The notes under the pieces: model-generated
Told to the model about the DNA's origin: nothing
Database searches by the model: none
What the model saw: the letters and a program-made list of their open reading frames with translations, nothing else
Translations under genes and position numbers: made by a program
Shown here: positions 42,434 through 52,517 of the stretch, in pieces
How positions within the stretch are numbered: position 1 is the stretch's first letter
Layout of the letters: every line of letters starts with the position of its first letter
Source: an uncultured Gemmatimonadales bacterium
GTDB taxonomy: Bacteria > Gemmatimonadota > Gemmatimonadetes > Gemmatimonadales > GWC2-71-9
Assembly (NCBI GenBank): GCA_963798915.1
Contig: CAWCVB010000002.1
Span: 512,001 to 576,000, forward strand
DNA length: 64,000 bases
Reading direction: 5' to 3'

Positions 42434-43952
42434 CAGCGGGAGCCGTTGTCGTTGTGTCCGGAGTCAGGTGGAGCGAGCTGCCGCCCCTGGCATCGAGCAG
42501 GCCGGCATCCCGTGCCAGTTGTGCCAGCGAAACATTCCACTCGAGCCGTGCCTGGATGCGCTGCGCCCGAGCATCTGCCAGCGCGCTTTGGGCGGCAAGC
42601 AGGTCCAGCACGGTACCGACGCCTTCCTTGTATCGCGCCCGCGCCACCGCAGTGGACTGGTCCGCACTTGCCAGCAGGTCATCAGCGGTGCGGACCCGCC
42701 GGGTGGCAGTCTGGAGCGCGTAGTAGGAACTGAAGACCTCGTAGATCACCTGCTGGCGCAGGTTGATGCTCCGGGCGCGCGCGGCGTCGGCCGAATATTG
42801 TGCACCCTTGAGGTCGTACCGGCGAGACAATCCGCTGAAGATGGGAATGTTCAGGCCCAGGGAAATGCTGTAGTTGTCAGAGCCATCAGGGATGCTGGTC
42901 GCGTAGGTTCGCCCGCCATTGGCGCTCAGGCGAAGCTCCGGCAGCAACGCCGAGCGGACATCGCCCACTCGCGCGGCGGCGGCTTCGGCATCGGCACGGG
43001 CGGCTGCGAGGTCAGGGCGGCCGGCCACCGCGGCATCAATGAGCTGTTGCACGCTGTCGGCGAGCACGGCCACCGGGACATCCGCGGCGCTGGTGTCCAC
43101 GTCGTACGGCGCATTGGCCGGAAGTCCCAGGGCCAGCGCCAGGCCACCACGCGTGGTCGCCAGGGTGCCTTCCGTCGTCTGCAGCGTGAGCTGTGCCTGA
43201 CTCAGGGCAGTCCGGGCCTGCAGGACATCGGCGATCGTGGCCAGTCCCACCCGGCGTCGCTCCTCTGCGGCCGACAGATTGGTCCGGGCTTCCTCCAGCG
43301 AGGTCTGCTGTGCCTCCAGCAGGGCGCGGGTCGCCACATACTGGAAATAGCTCACCTCGATCTGCAGCACCGCAGACTGCAGGACCGCATTGTGAGTGTA
43401 GTCGGCGGCAATCAGCTGCTCCCTGGCAGAAGCGATCCGCCCGGTGCGGCCACCAAAGTCCAGGACCAGCCAGGACAACGAGGCGCTGGGAGCAAAGACC
43501 GATTGCTGCACAGCCGTACGTCCCTGACTGGCCGTGGTCTTCAGGCGGGTCGCGTTCACCTGGGCGTCGATTGTGGGAAGCCACTCGCCACGAGCCGAAC
43601 CGTATGCCGCGGCGGCAGCCCGAGCCTCGGCCCAGGATTGCCGGGTGGTCGTATTATTCCGGAGGCCAACGTCGATCAAATCGGCGAGCGTAAGATGGCG
43701 GGCCTGCTCGGCGATATCCGGCGGTAGCGCGATGGCGCTGCGGGCAGTGTCGCCAGCATTCCGCTGCGCCACCTGAAGCGGTGGTACCCATGGCTGGGCG
43801 GGCCCCGGTGCCGTCCCGGCCACTCCAGCTACCGACGGAGTCCCCACACACCCCGCTATAAGGAAAGCAAACGAGGCCTGCGCCAGGCGGGTCAGCACCC
43901 CGGGATCGGCGTGGACCCGGCGGTGCGTGCCCTCCGCCGGGACGAAACCCAT
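42426..43952 (-). CDS. TolC-family outer membrane factor
   Basis: Lipoprotein signal; ARYKEGVGTVLDLL; operon with RND genes. Confidence 0.92.
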   Translation of the reverse strand: MGFVPAEGTHRRVHADPGVLTRLAQASFAFLIAGCVGTPSVAGVAGTAPGPAQPWVPPLQVAQRNAGDTARSAIALPPDIAEQARHLTLADLIDVGLRNNTTTRQSWAEARAAAAAYGSARGEWLPTIDAQVNATRLKTTASQGRTAVQQSVFAPSASLSWLVLDFGGRTGRIASAREQLIAADYTHNAVLQSAVLQIEVSYFQYVATRALLEAQQTSLEEARTNLSAAEERRRVGLATIADVLQARTALSQAQLTLQTTEGTLATTRGGLALALGLPANAPYDVDTSAADVPVAVLADSVQQLIDAAVAGRPDLAAARADAEAAAARVGDVRSALLPELRLSANGGRTYATSIPDGSDNYSISLGLNIPIFSGLSRRYDLKGAQYSADAARARSINLRQQVIYEVFSSYYALQTATRRVRTADDLLASADQSTAVARARYKEGVGTVLDLLAAQSALADARAQRIQARLEWNVSLAQLARDAGLLDARGGSSLHLTPDTTTTAPADD

Positions 43953-44044
43953 GAGAGACTCCGAGAAGTGGACATCTACTGCTTACGGATGAGAGGGAAG
44001 AATTGTTGCCCTCGGCGGGAACGCCAACGCAGGCACGCGCCTGC

Positions 44045-45082
44045 TCAGGCGCCGCCGCTGCGAAGATAGACCATCCCGATGCCGACCAGATAGACGAGGA
44101 TCATCAGCAGGCTTCCTGGCTCAAGCAACGCGAAGCGCCGCCTGGAGCGATAGACAATGGCGGCGAGGCCCAGCCCCATGAGCACGATGCCGACCATGGC
44201 CGTGATGAGATGCACGGGACTGATGATACTGAGGACGGGGCCGCTGCCATGCGCCAGGTCCAGCGCCAGGAACATCACCATGTTCACCGCGTTGCTGCCA
44301 TAGAGATTTCCCACGGCCAGGTCGTAGGCCCCCAGACGCACGGCGGCAATGCAGGTCACCAGCTCCGGGAGCGAGGTGGCGAAGCCCACCAGCCAGGTGC
44401 CCATGAAGGTCGAGCCCAGACCGCTGAGCCGGGCGAGTTCCTTCGCAGTGATCGCGAACAGCGGCGCAAACAGGAGAATGAAAAGCGATCCGGCGGCAAA
44501 GCCGATGACGGCGCGTCGAAGGGAGGGGATGCCCGGGTCGGTGCCGGGTACTGCGGCGCTCTCGCGCTCGTAGCCTGTTGTCTCGACCACCTTGCCGACC
44601 TGCTGGGCCACGGAGCTGTTCCGGAACACGGCGCGCATGCCCAGCGCATACATCACCAGCAGCACCAGCGATCCGGGGCCCACGCCGCCGAGATTCACGT
44701 TGAGACGCAGCAGGACAAAGAGCGCGGCGGTCGCCGTGAGAATGATCGCGAAGCCGGCGGCGAGCGCGTTGTCCAGCGCCGCCTTCCGGAACAGCTCCGC
44801 GCGCGGCATCAGACTCACCAGGGCCAGGATCAGCATGTTGGCCATGGAGCTGCCGAAGAGGTCTCCGGCGGCAAGATCGGGGACGCCGAGCCGGACCGCT
44901 GCGATGTCGGTGGTCAGTTCGGGAAGCGACGTGGCCACGGCCAGGAACAGCGCACCAACCCAGAGACCGCCAAGCCGGGTGCGGGCCGCGATGATGTCGC
45001 CGTTCCTCGCGAGCTGCACGCCTGCCAGTACCACGGCCGTGGCGCTGGCAAGAAAGCCGAGGAATATCAGGAGGGCGTGCAA
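44045..45082 (-). CDS. Na+/Ca2+ antiporter family (CaCA)
   Basis: Duplicated ATSLPEL...G(D/N)L.GS motifs. Confidence 0.9.
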   Translation of the reverse strand: MHALLIFLGFLASATAVVLAGVQLARNGDIIAARTRLGGLWVGALFLAVATSLPELTTDIAAVRLGVPDLAAGDLFGSSMANMLILALVSLMPRAELFRKAALDNALAAGFAIILTATAALFVLLRLNVNLGGVGPGSLVLLVMYALGMRAVFRNSSVAQQVGKVVETTGYERESAAVPGTDPGIPSLRRAVIGFAAGSLFILLFAPLFAITAKELARLSGLGSTFMGTWLVGFATSLPELVTCIAAVRLGAYDLAVGNLYGSNAVNMVMFLALDLAHGSGPVLSIISPVHLITAMVGIVLMGLGLAAIVYRSRRRFALLEPGSLLMILVYLVGIGMVYLRSGGA

Positions 45083-45088
45083 CTGCCG

Positions 45089-46882
45089 TTACCAGCTTCC
45101 GCCGCCGCCGCCGCCACCACCGCCGCCCACCGACCCGCCGCCTCCCGACCCCGAGCTTGACCCGGGCGACGATCCCATCGTCCGGGTGGCGGCGGTCTGA
45201 AAACCGCTGAGTCCGCTGCTGAAGTTGCCGACGTTGAACTGGCCAGTTCCCACGTACCAGTTGGGCGGTGCCGAGCGCAGCACGTCAGCAAACTGGCTGA
45301 CCCAGATATCGCTCACGTCGAGTGCCACGGCATATGGGAGCAATGCCGAGAACAATTCCGTGGTCCGTTCCGGCGCCTGCGAGAGCTCGATCTCCGACTT
45401 CTCGGCCCGCCTGATGTATTCCTCGAGTCCCTTGACCTCGCGCCACCGGCGCGCCCCTTCGGCCGTCTTGGCCGGCATCGCACCGCTGAAGGCGAGCACG
45501 ATGATCCCGACGGAGGCGAGTCCGGCGCCGAGGATGATGTTGCCGGTGGCGGCACCGAGCGGAATGGCCCCGACCGTGAGCAGCATCCCCAACGCGAGGT
45601 ACCCGTTGCGCACCGATGCGGGACTCTTGGGGAAGAGGCGCTGCGACACCAGGAAGTCGTACATGCCTTTTCTGATTCCCGGCAGGTGCGTGTAAAACTC
45701 GTTGTGCAGGTCAGTCATCCGGCGGGTGGTGGATCCCTCGAACACGCCGTCCAGCACGCTGAGCTCGTAGGGCACCAGGTCGCCTGGCAGGGGCTTGTCA
45801 GTACGGGCGAGTTCCCAATCCGTTCTGGAAATACCGAGTGAGCGCAGGGCCTTGGCCGCAAACGAGTTCTCACCCAGCGCGGCGACCAGTCCGTGGGCCG
45901 GCACCTCATTGATGGTCATGTAGCCACGCACTGCCAGATCCAGCAGCGTGGCCACCACATCATCCATGTCGGCTTTCTGGTCAGTGAGCACACCGGCGGC
46001 GCCGGGAGGCAGCCCGGCGGGCGGGTGCCAGTTGGGCATGATGCTGCCCGGGTCCGGCTCCCGGCCGCGGCGCTGCCAGCGCCCGAACATGAGCAGGAAC
46101 CCAAGCACCGGCAGCGCCACGGGCCACCAGAGGCTGCCCTGTTCGAGCAGTCGATCGGCGGCGGTAGGCTCGGGAATCACACCCTTGGGGAATGCCGCCA
46201 CCAGCGTCAGTCCTTCGCCAGGGTCGAGGCGGCCGGCGGCAAACTGATAGCGCCCGGGCTGGACCACCGCGGCGGTGCACTGCTCGTTACTGGAACTTTC
46301 GGCCCAGCCAGCATAACACCACGCCGACGTGCCGGCGGTGTCGCGTGGCAAGTGGCCCGCTAGCACCACTGTGGCTGAGGCGTGCAGGATCGGCACCGGC
46401 CACTCCGTGCCGGTGACCTGCCAGTAGAGCTCGTCGTGGTCGTCAAAGAAGCCGAGGCCGCGCTCCAGGTGATAGCGGATGAGGTAGGTCTGCACGCCGG
46501 TCACCAGCCGATCGGCGCGCCCGATGCGGATCCGCTTGCGCCTGCCGCCGTCGACCGTGAAGGGAATGGCGTGGCCTTCGGCGTCCGAGACTCCCCGGAC
46601 ATCAAGTCCCACCTCGACCGTGCCAGCGCGCAGCGGAATGCCGGCCTTGAGCACCTTGGCGTAGCGTACCGGGATTTCGCGGTAGATGCCGTGTTTCTGG
46701 AGTGCGCCGAAGTCAACGAGGATCCGCTCCGCCACGTCGATGGTACGATCCGCATTCACCTGGTAGCGCGCGTCGAATGACTGGACCGTCCAGCCGACAT
46801 CCTGGGCGAAAAGGCAAGTGGGCAGAAGGAGAATGAGGGTGACAATGACGAACCGCGGCAGCGTAACCGGCCGTGGCATCAC
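45089..46882 (-). CDS. DUF2207 membrane protein
   Basis: HGIYREIP, DELYWQVTG, LLPYAVAL, GGGGGGSW tail. Confidence 0.93.
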   Translation of the reverse strand: MMPRPVTLPRFVIVTLILLLPTCLFAQDVGWTVQSFDARYQVNADRTIDVAERILVDFGALQKHGIYREIPVRYAKVLKAGIPLRAGTVEVGLDVRGVSDAEGHAIPFTVDGGRRKRIRIGRADRLVTGVQTYLIRYHLERGLGFFDDHDELYWQVTGTEWPVPILHASATVVLAGHLPRDTAGTSAWCYAGWAESSSNEQCTAAVVQPGRYQFAAGRLDPGEGLTLVAAFPKGVIPEPTAADRLLEQGSLWWPVALPVLGFLLMFGRWQRRGREPDPGSIMPNWHPPAGLPPGAAGVLTDQKADMDDVVATLLDLAVRGYMTINEVPAHGLVAALGENSFAAKALRSLGISRTDWELARTDKPLPGDLVPYELSVLDGVFEGSTTRRMTDLHNEFYTHLPGIRKGMYDFLVSQRLFPKSPASVRNGYLALGMLLTVGAIPLGAATGNIILGAGLASVGIIVLAFSGAMPAKTAEGARRWREVKGLEEYIRRAEKSEIELSQAPERTTELFSALLPYAVALDVSDIWVSQFADVLRSAPPNWYVGTGQFNVGNFSSGLSGFQTAATRTMGSSPGSSSGSGGGGSVGGGGGGGGGGSW

Positions 46883-47454
46883 TCGGCGGCTCCCAGGTTA
46901 GTCGCCGGCGCGTTGCGCTCGGCGATGTCCGACAGCTCGAAGTAGGCGCCGGCCTGAAATCCGAGCGCATTGGCAACGAGGAGAGTGGGGAAGGATTCCC
47001 GGAGGGTATTGAAGTCGCGGACCACGGCGTTGTAGTAGCGCCGAGCGCTGGCGATGTCGTTTTCGGTCTCGGCGAGCTGGCGCTGCAGGCTGAGCACCGT
47101 GTCGCTGGCCTTGAGCTCCGGATACGCTTCCGCCAGGGCGAGGAGCTGTCGGAGTCCACCGGTCAGTACATTCTCGGCGTGGGCCCTGCTGGTCGTGTCG
47201 CCGGGCCGGCCGCCGGCGCCGAGCGCTTCCTTCCGGGCGGAGGTCACGGCGGCAAGGGTACGCTGTTCGTGGCCCATATAGCCACGAACCGCCTCGACCA
47301 GATTGGGAATCAGATCGGTGCGGCGCTTGAGCAGGGCATCGATGCTGGCCCAGGCGGCGCGCATCCGGTTTCGCAGGGCCACCAGCCGGTTGAACGTCCA
47401 GGCAAACCAGCCCGCGACCAGGACGGCGAGGACCAGCACGATGATGGGAGGCAT
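46879..47454 (-). CDS. lemA: LemA family protein
   Basis: LKRRTDLIPNLV, EAYPELKA, RRYYN. Confidence 0.93.
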   Translation of the reverse strand: MPPIIVLVLAVLVAGWFAWTFNRLVALRNRMRAAWASIDALLKRRTDLIPNLVEAVRGYMGHEQRTLAAVTSARKEALGAGGRPGDTTSRAHAENVLTGGLRQLLALAEAYPELKASDTVLSLQRQLAETENDIASARRYYNAVVRDFNTLRESFPTLLVANALGFQAGAYFELSDIAERNAPATNLGAAE

Positions 47455-47491
47455 GCGGGGAATATAAGTCGTCAGTCGTTGGTCGTCGGTC

Positions 47492-47620
47492 GTCATTGCG
47501 AGGAGGAGGCGTAGGGGCGAGGCTGGTCTCGCCCCGAGCCTCCGACGAAGCAATCTGGTTGGCTGAGACCGATGCGTACGCGACCCGATCGCTTCGGCCG
47601 CTTAGCGCCCTCGCGATGAC
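47492..47620. repeat. GTCATTGCGAG-type palindromic element with a nested GTAG REP (47511-47535)
   Basis: Termini GTCATTGCGAG / CTCGCGATGAC; flanked by GACGACT-type heptamers. Confidence 0.8.
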
Positions 47621-47662
47621 GCATCAGTGACGACTGACGACTGACGACTGACGACCGACGAC

Positions 47663-48154
47663 CTACTTACTCGGATCATCCTCCGGATGCACGTAGGTCA
47701 GCTGGAACGGCCCCATCATATGCACTTGCACGATCGTCTCGCCCTGGGCCTGGACAAAGTGATTCACATGCGCAGGGGCGGTGATGAAGTCGCCGGGCTT
47801 CAGCACGGGGAGCATCACGTCCTTGGAAAACGTGTCGCCCAGCCCCACCAGCAGGTTGCCCTTCAGGACGGTGACGTGCTCATCGGTGGGGTGCCAGTGC
47901 GGCTTGATGACGTAATTGTTGGGAAACTTGAGCCGCACGGTCAGAACGCCGCTGGCCGCGGGATCGCCCTGCAGCACCACAATTTGTGCGCCGGAGGGGA
48001 AGATGGGTGGAGCGGGAGCCCAGGCCAGCTTGTCCGCCCGGCTGGCCGGGTCGGCATTGGCGTGGTCCGCGGACTGAGCCATCAGGCCTGGCGCGGCGGT
48101 GAACGTGGCAAGCGCGATCAGCCAGGCGCTGGAGTGGATGTGACGGGTACCCAT
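47663..48154 (-). CDS. exported cupin-domain protein
   Basis: PHWHPTDEHVTVLKG...H. Confidence 0.88.
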   Translation of the reverse strand: MGTRHIHSSAWLIALATFTAAPGLMAQSADHANADPASRADKLAWAPAPPIFPSGAQIVVLQGDPAASGVLTVRLKFPNNYVIKPHWHPTDEHVTVLKGNLLVGLGDTFSKDVMLPVLKPGDFITAPAHVNHFVQAQGETIVQVHMMGPFQLTYVHPEDDPSK

Positions 48155-48486
48155 TGCAAGCCCTCCTTGGATGGAATCCATTCGATGTAGCTGATCCATA
48201 GATTTCGCAGATTGCGCAGGCATTATGAGCTATCCGTCCTGTCCGACTGTCCGTCTTCAAGAACATACGGGCAGCCCCGGGATCGTCCAGAGGAGGCCCC
48301 ACTGGCATATAGGCGTTTCGCGGAAATTGACGACAGCGGGAAGCGCCGTACGGGCGGGTCTGCGGCGGTCTGCGGCCGCCAGCTGAGAGCTGAGAGTTGA
48401 AGGCTGAAAGGTGCGGCTTTGTCACCGGCGCAAAGCGAAGGGCGGAGCTTGTGACCGCGCTGGGCGTGCTTGTGCAGAGAGCAACC

Positions 48487-48518
48487 TGTACGTATGTTGC
48501 TACGTAACTGTACGTACA
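48487..48518. promoter_or_regulatory. TA operon operator, three TACGTA palindromes
   Basis: TGTACGTA...TACGTA...TGTACGTACA just before the antitoxin RBS. Confidence 0.6.
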
Positions 48519-48531
48519 CAGGAGAAGTCCC

Positions 48532-48747
48532 ATGGCCCAATCCAAGGGCCGCCGCGCCGCGCGCGAAGGCAAAGTCCGCAAGGAATTCTGGCTTGACCCT
48601 GACCTCCTGGCCGAGGCGCAGGATGTCCTGGGCACGGCCACAGAGCGGGAAACCGTGGAAGCAGCCTTGGATCTCGTGGCCTTCAGGGGAGAGTTGGTGA
48701 CTGGCGTGCGAGCACTTCGTGGCATGAAGCTTCGGCGCATTGACTGA
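48532..48747 (+). CDS. VapB-like antitoxin
   Basis: LDPDLLAEAQDVLGTATERETVEAAL; upstream of the PIN toxin. Confidence 0.8.
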   Translation: MAQSKGRRAAREGKVRKEFWLDPDLLAEAQDVLGTATERETVEAALDLVAFRGELVTGVRALRGMKLRRID

Positions 48748-48759
48748 CCGGCGGCTGCC

Positions 48760-49218
48760 GTGCGCAAGTTCGTGCTCGATACCAGCTGCTTCATTGAAGC
48801 CACCCTTGATGGTGGCGCGGCCGCTGCGCTTGAGGCGTTCAGCGTGGCCGTTGCGCCAGGCTTGTTCCTCAGTTCAGTCGTTGCCGCGGAACTCGGTGCA
48901 GGAACCCGCAGTCGGCGTGGTCGCGATCGGCTGGACAGGCTCGTCCTGCGACCGTATCTCCGTCGAGGACGCCTGATCACGCCGTCCGCCGCCTCATGGG
49001 ATGCGCTGGGCAGGACCCTCGCCGCTCTGGTTCAGCGCGAAGGCCTGGAGCTCCGGCGCGTACCTCGAAGCTTCATCTTCGATATCCTGATCGCGCATTC
49101 GTGCCGCGAGGCGGGTGCGACGCTCATTTCACCAAACGTACGTGACATGGAGAGAATCGGCCGGGTGTTTGACTTCGCGCATATGGAGCCGTACCCGGAG
49201 GTGAGGACTGACGGCTGA
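48760..49218 (+). CDS. PIN-domain VapC-like toxin
   Basis: VLDTS, VAAEL, FDILIA, N.RD. Confidence 0.88.
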   Translation: MRKFVLDTSCFIEATLDGGAAAALEAFSVAVAPGLFLSSVVAAELGAGTRSRRGRDRLDRLVLRPYLRRGRLITPSAASWDALGRTLAALVQREGLELRRVPRSFIFDILIAHSCREAGATLISPNVRDMERIGRVFDFAHMEPYPEVRTDG

Positions 49219-49264
49219 AGGATATCCGCGGCTAATAGCCGCGGCTCGGCGTTTGAAAGTCGCC

Positions 49265-49500
49265 GCGGGCGACCCTGGTACATGCGACTTAATTCTGAAG
49301 CCAGGCGTTGACTCGTTGATCATTCAGCGACCCGGCAGGGCCAGCGGCCTGTTTCCCAGGGTCAGCGGCGCGCCGACGTCCGGACGCTTTCGGGCTTGAT
49401 GCTCTTTCCCGACCGCGTTTCTTCCGAACGGCTGATTGGTAGCCGGAGCCAAGGGTCGACAGATATGCCGGTGGTAATGATGTGCTGGGTTGAGCCGTCC
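49265..49500 (+). ncRNA. possible orphan IS110/IS1111 non-coding end (bridge/seek RNA-like)
   Basis: Non-coding stretch with ACTTAATTCTGAAGCC, TTTCCCAGG, GGCTTGATGC and CTGATTGGTAGCCGGAGCC, recalled from regions 3' of IS110-family transposases; not verified. Confidence 0.4.
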
Positions 49501-49631
49501 GAAGCGGACTGAGGGGCAACGAACCGGGCCCGAGTGCTTGGGCGGGCCGCAGGGCGCCCCGACAGGCGCCTCCTCGCCATGATGCGCGCCGCTAGCTTGG
49601 CTCAGCCTTCAGCCTTCAGCCTTCAGCCCCT

Positions 49632-52430
49632 TCACATCCCCAGCCACCACGTGGCCTTGACCGCCAGCACATTGGTGGCCGGTGCGTGCCAGATGGCGCT
49701 GACGTCGCGCCCGAATCGAAAGTCGCCCACGGGATCGATGCCTTGCCGCGCCTGCTGCCAGACGAGAAAGAGCGTGGAGCCCGGCCGATACTCCCAGCGC
49801 AGCACCAGGTTGGCCCGGAGCGAATGGAAGTTGAAATCGGGATTCTGGATCTGGAATGTGGAAGCCGGGCCGGCGCCGTCGGGATCCACGATGTAGGCGC
49901 CCGAAGACTTGTCCTGGCTCACGGTCCCCCGGTCGACGCCATACTCTGCAAAGTCATACTCGCCCGGCGTGGTGAACTCCTTGAACCGGCTGTAGTCGCC
50001 AGCCGAGATGAGGGGCTGCACGTAGAGCTGCAGGGTGAGGGTGGGACTGAAGAGCCAGTCCACCCGGGTGTCGAGCGCCAGCTCGCGCTGCTCCAGCTGG
50101 GCAAAGACGGTACGTGTCCCAAACGTGGCCGTCGCCGTGGGATCGCGTACCGGGCGCACGAACTGGTTGGTGGTGTGGGCTCGCGTGAAGGATGGCTCGA
50201 ACGAGAGGTGGACGCTGGATGAGGGCACCACCTCGAGGCTCGGGCCCAGGTTGACACTCCAGCTCCCTGCCGCATCGTGGAAGATGCTGGACCGCACGCC
50301 GTAGGTCAGCGCACCACGGTTATCACTGGAGATCGAGACGTTCCAGTTGGTGTTGGATGGCGCGCGTGCCAGCGGGCCGCCTCGCGTGAACCGATCGTCC
50401 ATCGAACCGAAGTAATGGAAGACGTTGTAGTCGATGCTCCAGAAGTTGCGCAGGGTGACGTTGATGATATTGCCGACGTAGCTGGTGGTATGGTCGCCGT
50501 CATAGTTCCAGTCATTGCCGGAGAGCACGCCGGCCACCCAGCGACGGAACAGCGGCCCCGGCCTGGTCTGCTCATAGTGCAGGTCGGTCGAGACACCGCG
50601 CCGGCCCACTGCCTGCGAAAAGCCCAGGTCGTTGGTTTCGTAACCAGGGCTCTTCTCCTGGTAGGCCAGATTCCCGCCCCAGTGGCCGCCGCTCACCTTG
50701 GTCACCGCAAGCTGCATGGCGTAGCCGGCGAGCGAGGTGCGGGTGGAGTCATAGTCCAGGTGCACGGCATCGGGCCGCTGGTAGTAACGGGCGCTCGACC
50801 GCTGGGCCCGCGCGATGGCGCCTTCGCTGCCATGGATCAGGCTGGATGCCCAGGAGGCGTCGAGAGCCCACCGACGATTATCCCAGTAGTGCTTGAGGTC
50901 CACCCCGCCGACATACCCGCTGGAGCGAAGCATGGAGGCAAGGGTCGAATCGCCAAGGGAGCGGTTGACCGCCGTGACGAGTGCGCCGATGGAGGTGTTG
51001 CCCTCGCGCAGTTCGCGCCGGATGCGCCCGGCAAAGTAATTGGCGGCAGGCTCGACCGCCTGCTGCAGGACGGGGCCGTCGGGCGCCGTGATGTATCGCC
51101 CGCTCTCGCGAGGTGTCACCGCATCGAGCAGCGCAATGGACCACCCCGACGGGGTCTTGCCGGTCAGCTTGCCCGCCGCGGCAATGGTGGTCTGCTGCGG
51201 GACCTCGGTGACCAGCGCGCCAGGATCGGTAATTTCGCCCTGCGGCGCTCGTCCGATCCGCCGTGAGAAGAACGTTTCAGGCGATCCGAACGAGTTGAAG
51301 GTGCTGAGCCTGCCAAAGGTGAAGAGATCAGACCCCTCCACGAAGAAGGGTCGCTTCTCGTCAAATGACGTCTCGAACGCGCTCAGGTTCACCACCGCCG
51401 GATCCAGCTCCACCTGGCCGAAGTCAGGATTGATCGTCGCGTCGAGGGTAAGGTCGCTGGTGATGCCGAGCTTGAGATCCGCACCGGCAGCGCCGAAATA
51501 GTCGCTGCCCGAGCGGAAGGGATTGCCGGCACCGACCGCCGCGTACTCGGCGCGGCCACTCAGGTATGGGGTGACCTCGACGCGGCGGGGCGGCGCCAGG
51601 CCGCCCATGCCGCTCAGTGTCGCGTAGCGCGCGGGGGTGGAATTTTCCGACCGCGGCACCAGCACCAGGACGTCTGATTCCTGCTTGCGCTGGATGAATC
51701 GCACGACCTGGATGCCCCAGGTGTCGGATGACCGATTGAAGCGCAACTGGGAAAGCGGGATCCTGATTTCAGCGGTCCAGCCCAGGGAATCGACGGTAGT
51801 GGCGACGTCCCAGACCGGGTCCCAGGAGCCATCCTCCTCACCGTCGGCGCCGGCGGAGGCGTCGCCCTTGTTGCCGGCCGGATAGACATCAAACACGAAG
51901 GCGGTCAGCTTGTCATGCCGGGAATCGAGCCGGATCGTGAGGCGGTCGCTGGCCGGCTCGTCGTCGCGCCGGGCCAGCCGGCTCACGATGCGGGCGGGCT
52001 CGTCATCGAACATGCGGGCGCCAAGGTAGAGAGCGCCGTCGCCCACCACGGCCCGGATCTCGGTACGCTCGGTGGCTGGCTTGCCCTCGTCGGGGTCGCG
52101 CTGGAGGTCGAGAGTCATGGGAGTGGCCGTAGTCCATCCCGCGTCATCCAGCGTGCCGTCGAGCTGGATGGCCTGGCCGAGCGGCGCGGCGCGAAACTCC
52201 GGGGCTGAGCCAGAGGGGTGTGAATCGCCAGTACGTGAGGCCGTCTCACTTTGCGCCAACATCATCGTGGGGCAGACGCAGAACATCAGCAGCACACGAA
52301 AACACGAAAGCACGAAAGGGAGCCTGATCGACCTCCCGGATTGCTCAGTCTGACAATTGAATCGGAGACCAGCGAGCCGCGACTCATGCCCCGCGACCGT
52401 CTCGTGCTTTCGTGTTTTCGTGTGAGCCAT
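49632..52430 (-). CDS. DUF5916 protein (CBM9-like N-terminus plus beta-barrel)
   Basis: LDGTLDD..W, GWTAEIRIP, NPDFGQVE, EKRPFF, LRWEYRPGSTLFLVW; start uncertain. Confidence 0.9.
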   Translation of the reverse strand: MAHTKTRKHETVAGHESRLAGLRFNCQTEQSGRSIRLPFVLSCFRVLLMFCVCPTMMLAQSETASRTGDSHPSGSAPEFRAAPLGQAIQLDGTLDDAGWTTATPMTLDLQRDPDEGKPATERTEIRAVVGDGALYLGARMFDDEPARIVSRLARRDDEPASDRLTIRLDSRHDKLTAFVFDVYPAGNKGDASAGADGEEDGSWDPVWDVATTVDSLGWTAEIRIPLSQLRFNRSSDTWGIQVVRFIQRKQESDVLVLVPRSENSTPARYATLSGMGGLAPPRRVEVTPYLSGRAEYAAVGAGNPFRSGSDYFGAAGADLKLGITSDLTLDATINPDFGQVELDPAVVNLSAFETSFDEKRPFFVEGSDLFTFGRLSTFNSFGSPETFFSRRIGRAPQGEITDPGALVTEVPQQTTIAAAGKLTGKTPSGWSIALLDAVTPRESGRYITAPDGPVLQQAVEPAANYFAGRIRRELREGNTSIGALVTAVNRSLGDSTLASMLRSSGYVGGVDLKHYWDNRRWALDASWASSLIHGSEGAIARAQRSSARYYQRPDAVHLDYDSTRTSLAGYAMQLAVTKVSGGHWGGNLAYQEKSPGYETNDLGFSQAVGRRGVSTDLHYEQTRPGPLFRRWVAGVLSGNDWNYDGDHTTSYVGNIINVTLRNFWSIDYNVFHYFGSMDDRFTRGGPLARAPSNTNWNVSISSDNRGALTYGVRSSIFHDAAGSWSVNLGPSLEVVPSSSVHLSFEPSFTRAHTTNQFVRPVRDPTATATFGTRTVFAQLEQRELALDTRVDWLFSPTLTLQLYVQPLISAGDYSRFKEFTTPGEYDFAEYGVDRGTVSQDKSSGAYIVDPDGAGPASTFQIQNPDFNFHSLRANLVLRWEYRPGSTLFLVWQQARQGIDPVGDFRFGRDVSAIWHAPATNVLAVKATWWLGM

Positions 52431-52517
52431 TGGAGCTGACCTGGAAATGGAGTCCCGTTGGAAACGTCCCGGTATGCACCCTCTGACGTCGCTCAGCGCG
52501 AAAAGGTTGCGCAGACC

